Part shown: in pieces, positions 27,065 through 40,544 of the stretch
How the letters are laid out: every line of letters begins with the position of its first letter
Position numbering within the stretch: position 1 is the first letter of the stretch
Origin: Callorhinchus milii
Lineage: Eukaryota
NCBI RefSeq assembly: GCF_018977255.1
Contig: NW_024704758.1
Span: 14,260,001 to 14,324,000, forward strand
Length of the DNA stretch: 64,000 nt
Reading direction: 5' to 3'
Made by a program: the position numbers and the translations under genes
The notes under the pieces: generated by a model
The model's input: the letters and a program-made list of their open reading frames with translations, nothing else
Databases searched by the model: none
Told to the model about the DNA's origin: nothing

Positions 27065-27380
27065 ATTGCATTCCAGCCTTCAGACAAGACGTTAAAAACC
27101 AAGCCCCCGTTTGCCTGTTCAGGTGCTTGCTAAAGATCCCATGGTACTCGTGTATCACAAAAGAGAAAGCAGTTTCTCCTGGTGTCACAACCAACAATTC
27201 CCCAGATAAAAATTGGTCATTCACTTCATGGCTGTTCGGGACATTGCTTTACGCAAATTGGCTGCCACATCTGCCTATCAATACAGTCACTCAAATTGAC
27301 TACAATTACATGTGAAGCTCTTTGAGTCCTCCTCCCAGCGTTATGAGCGGTGTATCAAACGCCAGGATTATTACGATTAT
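27065..27380 (+). mobile_element. DeuSINE (SacSINE1/AmnSINE1-like Deu domain)
   Basis: AAAGATCCCATGGTACTC...TTCTCCTGGTGTC...GGGACATTGCT...AAATTGGCTGCC resembles the Deu central domain as recalled. Confidence 0.7.
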
Positions 27381-30300
27381 TTGAAGCAGCTTGCCTTGCT
27401 CGGCAGATCAGCTGATTTCCTCCTTTGTGTATTTCAAATCATTTCCTGCTGGTGGTGCTCTATGACTGACTTTAACGAGTCGTTGGTGAGGGACGTGCAG
27501 TGTGAAGAACGTTCCCTTGGAGGCCAGCAGTGCTACTGATATTCTGTTGTGCCATTTAGTTTCACATCATCATCACTGTGCGTATTTGCGCCAGGTTGGT
27601 CCTTGCTGCTGAAGCTTTACAGCACGACCCTGTATGCAGTACGACGCTGTATAACTGATTGCAGAAAGGCAACCTTGGACATATCGACAAGTTCTGCACC
27701 AGGCTGTGCTGTTGTGGGTAAAACACTTATTTATACATCCATAGAGTATTGATATAAAACCCTTCGACAACGCTCCCCTGTTGGCTTTGGGAGTTCATTG
27801 AGCGAGGAGCTGTGTTGTACAAGCTGGGGCAGTCTGGTGTTTGATTCCCTGTCAGTGCTGAGTTTACTCGTGCCGCTCAGGGTGGCTCTGCATTTGGCTT
27901 TAATATGTGCAAACGCCTGAGGTTCTATTAATACCTACCGCGCTGCTGATATCACTATGTGAAATAACCACAGTTGACCAGGAGGGGACACTGGATGTAT
28001 TTTTTTGGTCTGCTGCCTGTGTCAGACATCCTAGTGCCGCCTCCTGGTCGACTGTGTGTACATCACTTGTGGATAAGATTGGGGCTCGGTAACAACGTGC
28101 GCATAGCTTGCCAACGCTCACTGTCCGAGCTCCCATACGAATCATTGCCAATTTGACAAGGTTCACCGTGTATAACAATATAAGTTAGAAGGTTCCTTGA
28201 GGGGAGAAGAGTAGTAAATATCATTTTTTAATATTTCTTCTCCTGAACTTTAATATACAATATAATAATCCTTGCATTTGATATAGTGCCTTATCACCTC
28301 GTCGAGACGTCTCAAAGCGCTTCACAGAATATACTGTTAAGTGAATTGACAGTATAATCTGTGGGCAAAATGCGGCAGCCAATTGCGCACAGTAGAAAGT
28401 GTGAAGGAAAGTCTTGGGATTACAAATATATTGTACAAACTTCAGATATGATTCTTTGTCTCTGTGTTCCATAGATTTTTACATAGAATTACATACATCA
28501 ACAACAACTTGCATTTATATAGCGTGCTTCATGGGCAAGGCAACCCTCCTGACACCAGAGTGGAGTATAGTATTGTCTAATTTGCAGTATGTTTTTATTC
28601 CTTCAGACGGAATCTGAATTGCCTAAGTTGAGATCTCTTCCAGTAACCAGAAGTACGACACATTAACCCATGGAATTCCAAGCAATTGCATTAAGAAGAG
28701 TCACAAATGAGAGCTCTGTGTCTTTTACTCTATCATTGTAGACATATTCTGAGGCTCAAATCTTCACATTGTGCTGAATGCAGAGGCATATCTGTTTTAT
28801 ATCTGTTCGATTTAAAAGTATCCCACTTTGTGTATTTAAACACAATCGATTCCACTATAATTTCTCTTTATATTTTGTTTCCAGATTTGATGCCTTTTGA
28901 GGATCACAAGTCTGTGTGTTTATGGGTTTCTTTTTAAAAGCACTAACCCTCTCACCAGCAAGAGCCTACATCTAGGTCGAACAAATGTTCCTCCGGGACA
29001 CCATTAACCTATATTTAGGTCTGTGCTATTTTTCTCTTTATTGTTGTCACTGTATCTCACAGCTGCGCAGGACCCAATTAACGTGCACCCCATGTGCTTT
29101 CAATCACGTTCTTTTCAAACAAATTTGCTAAGGCCATAGCATCCATTATAAAGTATTGAATTACTGAACTGGCTGGTCAATACAACACTGAGACCAGCGA
29201 CAGCCTCAACATTTACTGTACTGCTGACCTGATGATTGCAGTATACTCTAAAACTGTTGCTGAAAGCGCATGGGGTAAGATTTAACTTGCTAAATGCAGC
29301 CACTTTGCCAATACGTGCTTGGAATGGGAAATCCCACTATTAACATACATTGCCAAAGTCACTACACTTAGCAATAAGCTGGTCTGATGCTAAGACATTC
29401 AGTGCTGCACTTGCAGATGGAAACCGGCATAAAGCTTTTGGAGCACAGACAAGTTAACTTATCCGTTGGGATTAGTCTGGTAACTGGCAATGGATACTCT
29501 GGTCTGGTGGGAGCATTTCTTGATTGGAGAAGTAAAAGTGAGACCAAGTCAATCTTCAGCAAAAAGAAAACAGTATAATTAAAACAGTATTCTAAATGCT
29601 TACGTTTCTAGTTAATAGTCATATAGCTTAAGATGTTACTCCTACCCAGTGCTGGGCGTGCACTATATTGCAAGTACAATCTCCCACCCCCAAGCTGATT
29701 GACACTCGATTGCACCTTGTCAATTGACACTGTTGGCAGTGAAAGACAGTCTGGTTCGTGAATGAGGAAATAGTGCAACAGAACATCCCAGTTTGCAAGC
29801 GTGTAATCCAGTACCTCAATGGCATCGTCATAAAGTCCGACCGTTGCCAATGTTTTAGAGGTAGTCATGCAAAATAATGAACCTGGGAGTTGGTCGGAGC
29901 AGTCAGGGGATTTACGTAGCTGTACTTTTGATTGCTACCAGTCTCAGCAACAGGCATCATATGAAAGTGATTGTAACGATGAAATGAATATGTAACCTGG
30001 GCATCAGTCACCAGATTTAGCGATTTCAGATGGCAAGGATTAATGTCTAGAACTGGAAGGGGAAACAGGATTTATATGCATTTTTGAAATGACTGCCGTT
30101 GATTTAAACCCTCATCAAACAGTTGTAGTTCCTCTACTGCACCGACCAGAGAAAAGATTTAGTTCAACTAATTTTGCTGGGGTTGGATAGATAGAGAGAG
30201 GAGGGAAACAGTTTTTTTTTGCTGATTTGAGTTAGCAATTTGGTTGACATGAAAACAAATGCATCTCACAGAGGTAATTGGCTAATGGGCAGGTTAAACC

Positions 30301-33300
30301 CTGAGTTAGGATGTTCTCTGGCTGTTAATGATGCCTCATTTATGCTCACTTACCCTCTGTTCCTTCAGTTTGCTTACAAAGGATGAGACAGTACAGGTGA
30401 CATGAGGAGGAAGGACAAGGCTTTATTAAATTCTTGTGGCCTTCAGAACTATTGTCTTTAACTTGTTATGGTATTTCAACCTCTGCTGTATTCAGTACCC
30501 CCAAGTAAGAAAGTTACATCTCCATTCACGCTGGGACGTCCTCCTGACATGAAAGGCGCTATACAAATGTAATTTGTTATTGTTGTTGTTGCATGTGAAA
30601 TGCAGTGATAACAAATGCTGCCACATTGGTTTCATCAGACGAGATAACTAACGTGTAATGCGGATTATTGAATGGTGCACCTTATAAAATGTAAAACAGG
30701 TCATTACTTCTCAGTGAGCATTGTAACTGCCGTACTATTCACGGGAGAGTACACTAACACTGGAGCGCTGAATCCAATCCAGAAAAACCTGACCCCAGGC
30801 TAATAAATATGTCTGTCAGCCAATTGGAGCCCCTTCATTTTGTCTGGAGCATCAGCAGTTTTTAAAGTCACATTGTCTTACGGTTTAACGATGGAATTTG
30901 ATTGTGTGTTTAATCCTCACCCCCACCCCAAAGAGAAAGCCTGGGTAGTTTCAACTGAGCACTTATAAAGGCTCAGTATTACTGAGTGTTATCTGAAGCA
31001 TGGACTTATGAAGCATTATTATATTACTTTACCTCTTTTTTTTTAGTAGTGTAACTCTGACGTTCACTGTTACTGATGGCACTAATACTTTACAACCCGT
31101 TCTGGTGATTTGCAAGTGAAAGTTTGTTAAAATATTGAAACGTTGAATTCCAAGTAATTGCAGACAGATGGTTTGAAATCATTCGCAGACTTGAATTTAA
31201 ATTTTAGCAATATCCAGGACTGTCATGTGACATGTGAAAATATTAAACGCTCCTTAGACAGAAAAGCCAGAATAACTATTGGTAACACGCATTGATAAGA
31301 CGTTGAGGGTGGCTCGGTGCTGTTTGCATTGTTACTGTGTTCTCCGAGTGTTAATAGTGCCTTATCTTTGCTCACCTAACCCTCTGTTCCTTCAGTTTGC
31401 TTATGAAGGAAGACACAGCAAGTAATTGTAACCTGGGGACAGTGTTTACTGTTAGAAGTTAGCAGCTAACCTGATCCTACAACAACAACAGCAAAATTAC
31501 ATTTGTAAAGTGCCTTTCACGTTGGGAGGACGTCCCAAGGCATTGTACAGACAGAGTTGCAGACCCGAGCTGGGGGTCGGGGTGGGGGAGTGTGGAGGGC
31601 AAAGGGGGAAGCGGGGAGATCGAAAGCACGGTCGAAGAGGATTCTATTCAGAGGTTGGGATGGGAAGTATTTGGTGAAGGTGGTTTGGCTTATACAACAG
31701 ATAAAACATTCACGTATTAGGCAATTGCTTAATTTGGGTGTTGACTGGCGGCCAATGAATCTTTTGAGTTTCTGTAAATTTATTGTAGTCTCTCGGGACT
31801 TCTCGGGGAAGTGCCAGAATTGAAGAGGACTGGAATACTCTCACAGTAACATTTGTTGCTTAAAATGTACAGTCACTACACTTCACAACAATGTGATAAG
31901 GTGCTATATCAAAAGCAAGGATTATTATTCTAATTGTATAAAGGAGGGAGTTGGTATCCTGACTGACCTGCATGTGAAGGTTGTCTGTCATCTTGGGGAA
32001 ATGTACCATTTTAAGCTTCTTTCAAACTAAAAGGTTGACAACCTTGACATTAATATCAAGCAGTCTAATTATCAAGGGTGCCCAAAGGGTTCATGTGCTA
32101 GTTAACCCGGAAAATCCACAAAGATTTGTCAGTAATTTCAGTTGAGAAGGGGAAATGGCAGAAAGTGCAGTTTGTAAAAATGCGTGGTTGGATAAAGTGG
32201 CCCTTCTGTGTGGTTTTCGAGGTGTGCGGTTTCCTTAATGTAAAAGGTCTGAGTAAAATCTGTGTTCTGTGAAGATTAATACATTTGAAACTATGTAAAC
32301 ACATGGCACTTTTAATCTGGAAATGACCCCAGGGCACTGTTATCCAGTCTTTTATGGGAAATCAGTCATCGTGTGGGCTTCAGAGAGGCACGCACTATTC
32401 TGGGAACAATCCACTGTAGTTGGATATTAATTAAATTTATTAAACAAATAACACAGAGGCACAGGGAGGCAGGGGTCCATCTGTTTGCTTTGTGAATTGA
32501 TCTCTGTGGAGATGGATTTTGAATGGTAGTTAAAGTTCAGATGCAAAGCTCAGCAGATGGGCTCGTGTCTCTAGTGGGGAGACTTGGTGGCGATCCAAAT
32601 TCTATTTTCCCTCCAGCTTTTCCGAGACTGGAAGCTGACATCTATATTCCTGTTTTGTTTATCTGAATGATGTTTAAGTCTGATTGATTTGTCAGAGCAG
32701 CACGTCCCGGCTGATTCTGCTTTGCGTCTGTGTTGTAAACGCAAATCGAGAGATAATTAGTAAAATTGAATCCCGTTGACTTTACACCTTTGGCCTGAAC
32801 GTGTTGCTGTGTCTGAGCCTCGGCATTGAATCTGAACGGAAAGTGACTGCGGAGGTTTAACGTCTTATAACAGTGATATTTTTTTCAAAAATATTTCTCA
32901 ACTGTTTGCTTATGACTCGATGATAGCATTTTAGTCTTGAGGTTCAAACGTGCCCGTTTCAAAAGGCATTTTTTTAAGCAAGGAGATTCCGTCCGGTAAC
33001 AATGTAATTGTAATTCGTTGTTGTTGTTGTTCATTCGCCCCACAACACACAGTCACTAGATTTTAAATCCTGTGAAACGCTTTGAGATGTTTCGACACCG
33101 TGATAAGGCGCTACATGAAATGTAAGAATCATTATTTCTTAGTCTATTCGGAAGGTCCTGTGCACAAATGGTTTGGAAGTGGTCAGTGTGACTATATTGT
33201 GTAAACTATTAGTGCCAAAATTATAGTTGTCAGAAGTTAACATTTAGATTGTGTGGGTGAAACATTTTAAAGACAAATCATAGGTTCTCTCATCACTTGA

Positions 33301-34967
33301 ACTTTCTGTCTTCACTTCTCCTGGGGATTTGAGGATAGATGTGTACTGTGTGATCAATAAGGAGCTTTGTATGTTGAGATGAACCAGTTATTCCAAATCC
33401 CCTCAACCTTCCTTAAAAACACGTACAATTGCTATCCTTGAATATTATCCTTTCTCAGCTACTAGGTACGCTGCCAGCTTGCCACCTCTTTGAATGCACT
33501 TTCAAATCCATCAAAGGGTGCATGGGGAATGCTAGCCTCGATGCTCGGTGTTTTATCTGGGAATCTGGGTTGCAAACACTCATTCATTAATGTCCATTGT
33601 AAGTGTACACGAATGACTTTGATAACTGATGAATTAATACTGTGTACTGTAAGTGCACTAAGAAACCACAGGACAGAAGGCAGAAGTGGTACAACGTTAA
33701 CTAGGTCACATTGTTCATTGCAGCTACTTTCGTCAGCTTAAGTGTTAGCATGTGTCGTCTTGATCAAAACAGGAGCCTTGTTAAATAATAGCCACATCTT
33801 GCCCCGATCACTTAAAAATAGCAATATTATCATCCATCTTTACAATTGGGAACCTGTTATGGTGGAAAATGTTATTTTTAGTGATTTGTGTCAAGTGGAT
33901 CCCGTTTTCCCTGATTGTCTTTTAAACTCGATTTTTAAGAATCAGGCATCTCAGTAATTCAATCACAAACTGTGGCCTCCAGGACTGGGTTCTGGGCTCT
34001 GTGTAATTCCAACGTGGAAGAATTCATCTTTCAACTCCCCAGAATTATTTTTCACTGTGCGGGTGACAACATTTTGCCTTCTCTTGCAGTGTTGCTTCAT
34101 GGAGGACAGGTCTCCCAGTGAAAATGGTCCCTGATGGCTTACATTATCCAAATTGATGAGTTGCAAAAATAGCGATATCATGAAGTACTTTCAATAATGT
34201 CTCACACCAGGGTTTATTCTCACATAAAAACTGCTACAGGAAAGCCATTGAGGAAAGCCTTATTCATTAATATCCATCCTTTATTAGTATCCATTATGGT
34301 TCTGTTAAGAGTGAAAGTTTATAGTGTCTCGGGTTGTGTTGTTCTGCAGCATATGTGGCGTTAAGAATTGAGGGCAGAGCATTTTATTTGGGAAAAGGAA
34401 TCATCTTCTCTATTGGTTTGAGAGTGGATGGGGGGATTAAATGTTGCTCATTGAACCACAGTGCTGTAAATTCGTAAGGGCCAGCCTCTTGTAACAAAGT
34501 TATACTATACAGTTTGTGTTGGGTTGACTCAAATTGCATTGAATCGATGTAGGAAAAACAATCAAGTACTGAGCAGAGGTTCTCTTGGTAAATTCTAAGT
34601 AAACTGTGGAAATTTCCTTGAAGGTATTCACTATTTTAATCTTAAACAGTGGAAAGTTTTACTAAGGCATTCACAGCCAAGTTGACCGCCTGTAGGGATA
34701 ATAATAATCTCTTCAAATAAAATAATAGTAACAACTGTTTGTTGGACACTGCAGTGCACAATTGGCTGCCACATTTCACCCGCAATATATTAGAGTCAGT
34801 TCATTTAGCAGCATATTCTGTGAAGCGCTTGGAGATGTCTCGAAGACGTGATAAGGTTCTGTATCAAATGCAAGGATTATTTATTTTGATTATAGATAAT
34901 GGTTTGGGATTCTGCTAATGGAAAATTTGCAATTCTGCAGGATTCAGTTTGCCTGGGGAGATCCACA

Positions 34968-35185
34968 ATGGGGCTGAAAGCACTGAGGTCCTTTGGTATC
35001 ATCGTGAGACGTTCTGTCGGCACAGCCCAAACTTCAGATGGTGAGGATATCTTCAGGCAGCGAGGAATCTATTGCTACTTTTTGCCTATTCAGACCCGTT
35101 GGCAGGACAATGACGCATATGGCCATGTAAACAACGCAGTGTACCACGGGTACTTTGATACCTTAATCAACCACTATCTTCTCAG
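34968..35185 (+). CDS. them7: THEM7-like hotdog-fold acyl-CoA thioesterase, first coding exon
   Basis: ATG in strong Kozak context (ACAATGG). Likely acceptor at ttctgcAG|34941; an alternative in-frame ATG lies at 34899. Encodes [37 protein letters not shown] (4HBT/YbgC motif). Donor AG|GTAAGG, phase 2. Position between WT1 and RCN1 matches mouse Them7 and human THEM7P. Confidence 0.88.
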
Positions 35186-38100
35186 GTAAGGGAACCCTAC
35201 TGTTTCTGCTCCTCACATGTATCTCCAGCTAATGACGCCAGAGCCGGGGTTTAACGTGGCAAAAAAAANTACAGGCTTTATTGCTATCGGTGGCGTAGAA
35301 GGGTTAAAATCCTTTGAACAGTTTATCTCTTATCGGTTGTAATTAAATGTGTTTATAATAAATTATTTGGTGTAATTAATGTAAAGTCCTCTTGCCTGTA
35401 CCGTTATTAAAACCAGATGCTGAAGGATCAACAATATTACAACATGGCAATGCAGCCTTGCCAGCTGTCTAACTGTAATTACTTTAATCTCAGCTTGTTA
35501 TCTAATTATCACCTTTGTAAAGGGAATACTACCCTCTAATGCATGCTGATTGTTTCTGATCATGATGAAGAGTTTAGAACAGCTGTCAGATAGCTGTGGC
35601 CTAGGTGTTTGCATCAGAAATGGTTGAAGTCTAAGTCGGGCCTAACTTCCTTCACACAGGTTCACTAAGCCCGTTTCCAACATCTGTCTTGCCTTCAAAC
35701 GGGGAAACTTAACACTGTCTCTGCTGTTGAGGCATGTGGCTCCGAGTGTTCTTACTCTGAATGGAGCTCATTTGTACTGTGGGGTTCGTTGCAGAAAGAG
35801 AGGGAGATATGTTGGTAAACAACAGCAAGCAATTCAGACATTTTTATAACTCGGCCCAAATGAGAAACAGTTGCTGTCCAGCACAGTGAAAAGCCATCAG
35901 CAAACCAAACAAAACGCAGGAATCAATCAACTGGGAATAAATGTATTTTGCTACGTTGGTGCAAATGATGTTGAATCTGATTTGTTGGGAGTCTTTGAAT
36001 AAAAGCACATTTTGCACACTTTGAATTCAATGCTACTGTACCAGAAAAGATTTATTGGCTTTTTTTTAAAATAAAGAATTCAACATTATTTTGATCTTTG
36101 CCTTAAGACACAAATGATCATAACATTGGAAATGAACGGAACTCTTTGGGAAGCTGAGTAACAGTTGCGAAAAATTACACAGTATTTGTTTTGTTTAATA
36201 CATATATATATATAGAATTCTATAAAACTGACAGAATGAGAGAGAAGTTGCCATATTAGGCTGAAGTGTAGGTTAGGTTTTGGTCCTGTTATTCCCAGCG
36301 TCTCTCTGTTTCCTACAGCCACCAGTGTCAGTTCAATGAGATACTTGCCTAGTTAAAGTGATCTCTGGTTGGACAAAAATTGTTTGAAAGCATTCTGACT
36401 TGTAAAGGATTTCCTCACGTAGAATGTGTAGGAAACGTAAAATGACCCATTGATTTTGCAGTGGAAAGTGGTCCTATGTTGGGTCTGGCCCTGGTTCCAT
36501 TCCATTTCTCTAGTGGCTTCACTTACTCGTTTGCTTAATTCATTAGCTCCGAGCTCATCTCAATGTACATGAAGCTGAGTCGGAGGCTTTTTTTTTTGCA
36601 TAATGAGACATTTATAACTCATTTGTTAAATTTATTGCGCCTTCTACCTATTTCAAATCAAATTTATTGACCACAAAAGTGAAACAGAATGGGATTTCTA
36701 TGCTATTATTTTCCTAAACATCAGGGATGAATGCACATCAGTCTTAATTACTGTAGAGAATTTTTCCTCCTGGGTTGTTGGCTCAATAAATACTTTAATA
36801 ATGTTCATGGGGTTGCACAGTTTCCAGGAATGATGCTGTTTCTCCGAGTGTATTTCATTATGATTACCGTAAGCAAGGTTAGGCTATTTCACGCTCGCTT
36901 TAGAGATTGGAGCGTCACAGGAGAGAGGATCGAGAAGAGAGAGGACTGAATAGAGATGTAGCTGTTCTCCTAATTTAATAAAAATAATGCAAGGGAATTC
37001 AACTTGTCAATTTACACAGAGTGTGAAAATCAAGTCCAAAGGTCACGGGTCTTTTAGGATGTGCTTTCCTTTCGGGATCTCATTTAATTCAGATCACAAT
37101 CAACAGACTCATTGTTCCACTGAAATTAAAGGGGGATTATGATGAGCAGCCATTTAGACAGTCTACTTCATCCAATCATCTCACTTTCCTCAGCACACAC
37201 AATGCATTTTAGCAATCTTGATTAACAACAACAACAACAATTAGCATTTATATATTGTCCCTCACGGGGGGGGGGGGGTGCGGGTAGTGCCCCAGAGCGC
37301 TTGACAGTGGCAGAGCACAACGCCGAGCCAGGGGGAGGGGGAGGTGATCATAGGCACGTTCGAAGAGGAAGGAGGAAGGTCTTCAGGCGCGAACTAAAGA
37401 TGGGGAAGAAAGGGTGCACGGCGGAGGAGCAAAATAAATGGTCTTACAGGCTAAAACTAGGTGGAACTTCAGGCCTCTGGAACCTGTGTGGTCTGAATGG
37501 TTGAATCGGATGAATTGAGTGAGTTGGGGGAGTAAATTGCAAAGTGTGTGCGTGTGCATGTGTGCAGTGGGGAAACTCATTGATTTGTTATGTCACTTGC
37601 GTGATAAGAACACATTTCCAAGTGTCTGCCCTCCACTTCCTGGTAGCAGCCATCAGACGCTTTGGGAGAGATTGGGAATGATGGCACCAGATGATGATGA
37701 TGTCAGGAAGGTACCGGGCATGGACTGTGATATAATTAGAAATGCCACGGAAGAGCTTTCTCAAACTGACAAAACAGAAGGGAAGTTTTTATTAAAGCAA
37801 CAAGATATCTGCCTGAGTTATCATAAACCAAGCAGAAGGTGAAACGAACTGAGGACCTTTGACAGCTGCCCACCCCTCTCCCTCCCCATCCCTCCCTCCT
37901 CTTCCTTTGTCTTGGCTATTTCTCCTCCCGCACCTAGCCATGTCCACCCTTCTGTTCTGAACTCCTGGCTGCACAGGGTTGGTGCTGTCCCTCTTCCTGC
38001 CCACCTGGCACCAGATGTGCTAACAGCAACTCCTGCAGATCCCTCGTCCTCGGAGTGGCAGGATGCGAAATCCCAGGCGACGTTCACCTGGAACCACTTT

Positions 38101-40319
38101 GCCTACAACAGCTGGACCCCCTTGATTGCCTTGTGCATCTCGGCAGCTCAGTGCTGCTGCCGTATCAATCGCTTGTCAATTTGGCTTAGCCGTGCCTTTG
38201 ACTGACTGGGGCTGGGGAAGTGGGGGAGGGGGTGGGGCGGAATGGTTAAAATTAATTGCTACATAAGGAAAAATTGAGAGATAATTATTCCTGGTTTCCT
38301 GTCGGTGCTTGAGGGTAGATGACCTCATTAACTTGTAGCTTGTACACAATTCAATTACTAGGAGATGGAAAATACATTTTTAATTACCTCGGTGGCCTGG
38401 GTTCCCATTCATCTCCATTTGCACGGAGGCTTTTTTTTTCTGCGCTTGTGCTGAGAGATGGGGACGGCGGTCGTGATTTTTTTTTTTTGGAGGGGGGGGG
38501 GTGGGTGGAGAAAAAACACACAAAATTAACCCACCAAAGCGCATGATTTCGGCTCTCAGCTGAGCTCACACGTGTTGCTTTCAAATCAATGTTTATCAAC
38601 ATTGAATTTCTTTGTGCCAGGCTTTGTCAAAAAAAACGTAATGCTTTAACCCTCCCCTCCATGCACACACACACACACACACAAAAAAAAAGTATGTGTA
38701 GTTGTGTGCACCTGTGTTTGTAGGGAGATGTACTGAATGTTGTACATTGCTATCAGACTGAACACTCACAGGTAGATAGATGCCTGTCATACAACAACAA
38801 AATTACATTTATATTATTATTATTTATAGAGCACCTTTACTACAGTTCAATGTTGATTGATAACATCAAGGAGTTTAGCTTTTAATTACTGTGAAGACAT
38901 TTGTTAGAATCCATGAACTAAAAGAACAGTTCAGTTTTTATTCGCTACTGGCTTTCAATCATGATCCTCTTCCCTCTTTCTTTCTTATTCCCCCCTCCAC
39001 CCCCACTGCCCTCTCCAGTCCCCTTTCCCACGTTAGCCCCATATAGCTCTGCTGTAAGCCACAGTCAGGAGGGTGGGAAAGCTCGCAGACATCTCCCTTG
39101 ACTGTGTCGATGTTTCTCCTTGTTTGACCCACTGTGAAACATCCTTAAGCGATGCAGGAAGAGACATGACCCAGCTGAGGCAGGCAGGCAATCTTGTCTT
39201 GTCCTGGGGGCAGAGGAGAGTGAGTGGCAAGTCCCCGTGGTATCAGAACATCAAATGAGCACTTTTGCTTTCAAAACCATTTGTGTATTGGGGTCACTGG
39301 AGTAGCTGTTGAGGTGCTTGGTTAACCTTGCGTTTGGGGGAATGGGAGTGAGCAGAGGTTTGTGTCCGAGGGCTGACTGCTGCCCCAGGCGAGCCTGACC
39401 AATACGTCGTTCTTGGTCAGACAACACTTCAACACGACGCCAAAAAAGACCTTTTAAGTCAAGAGTAAAAATGAACCCAGCTGTCATCCTTGCCTGTGGC
39501 CAATGGGTAGCTTGTCAGTGCATCAGATAGCAACACAGGAAAGTGACTGGCACTGTCCGTCTCCACCTTGATGGATGAGGGAGCGGGGTGGGAAACAAAA
39601 TCAGAATTAAAGTTAGCGTGTATGTGCTGATTAAAGAGCTCGTTCCCCGGTCGGCAGCCAACAGCTGGAACATCTGCATTGCCACTTCCATGATATCACG
39701 GTAAGTGGCAGAGCAGGGCTTTTTTTCAATATAACTGATTTCAGTGTAATGCATTCTGTCGAGTTCTGTTGTTTGACCAACCTTGACGTAATGGTTTGTC
39801 AAATGCTGCGATTTTGTAAAGGATATGTCTCCACTTCCCTCCCCCTCTCCCCACTGTTCCGCCTCCCCCTCAAAGTTTGGATTAGTGCAGATCTGTCCAG
39901 AGCAGGGTCTCCGATGGAACCAGGTTTTTCCAGTGAAACATGGTTTGCTTTCTTCTCCAAGGGATATTTTTAGACGTGGTACTTATTACATTAAAGGTGA
40001 AGGCTTAAATGGACCCACTGGGATTTGTCTTCTAACTTTCGAGCCCCGCGTCCAGTCCTTAACCAACTCAGCCGCCCAGGATTCCCCTGAGATTTGACAC
40101 GTGATAACGTGCCTGAATAATCTGTTAATAATCATGAGACCCTAAATTCCATCTAGTTTTAACCTGCGTGACCATTTTGCCTTAAAACGTTTTGTTTCAA
40201 GGACACGCAAAATTTGCTGGGACTTCTTCAGATCAGCCTTAAGTTTGAAAGCCGTTTTCTTTCCGCACTTCTTAAAAATTTCAAATTTAAGTTTGAATTC
40301 GAGAATCTCCCACAATTTT

Positions 40320-40528
40320 GCTTGACCTTAAAAGTAGTCTCAAGACCCTTCTCTTCGACCGTGCCTTTGGTCTCCCTCCCACCTCTCTGCCTTCCCTCAC
40401 CCCTACACCACCCCTCCCCCACCCCTCCCACATGCTCGGGCCCCGACACCTGACTGTTCAGCGCTTTGGGACGTCCTCCCGATGCGAAAGGCGCTCTATA
40501 AATGTCATTTTGTTGTTGTTGTTGTTGT
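40320..40528 (+). mobile_element. L2 LINE 3' end
   Basis: LKSSLKTLLFDRAF ORF2 end, CAGCGCTTTGGGACGTCC...GGCGCTCTATAAAT and a (TGT)n tail. Confidence 0.85.
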
Positions 40529-40544
40529 AGTCTTAATAGTGATA

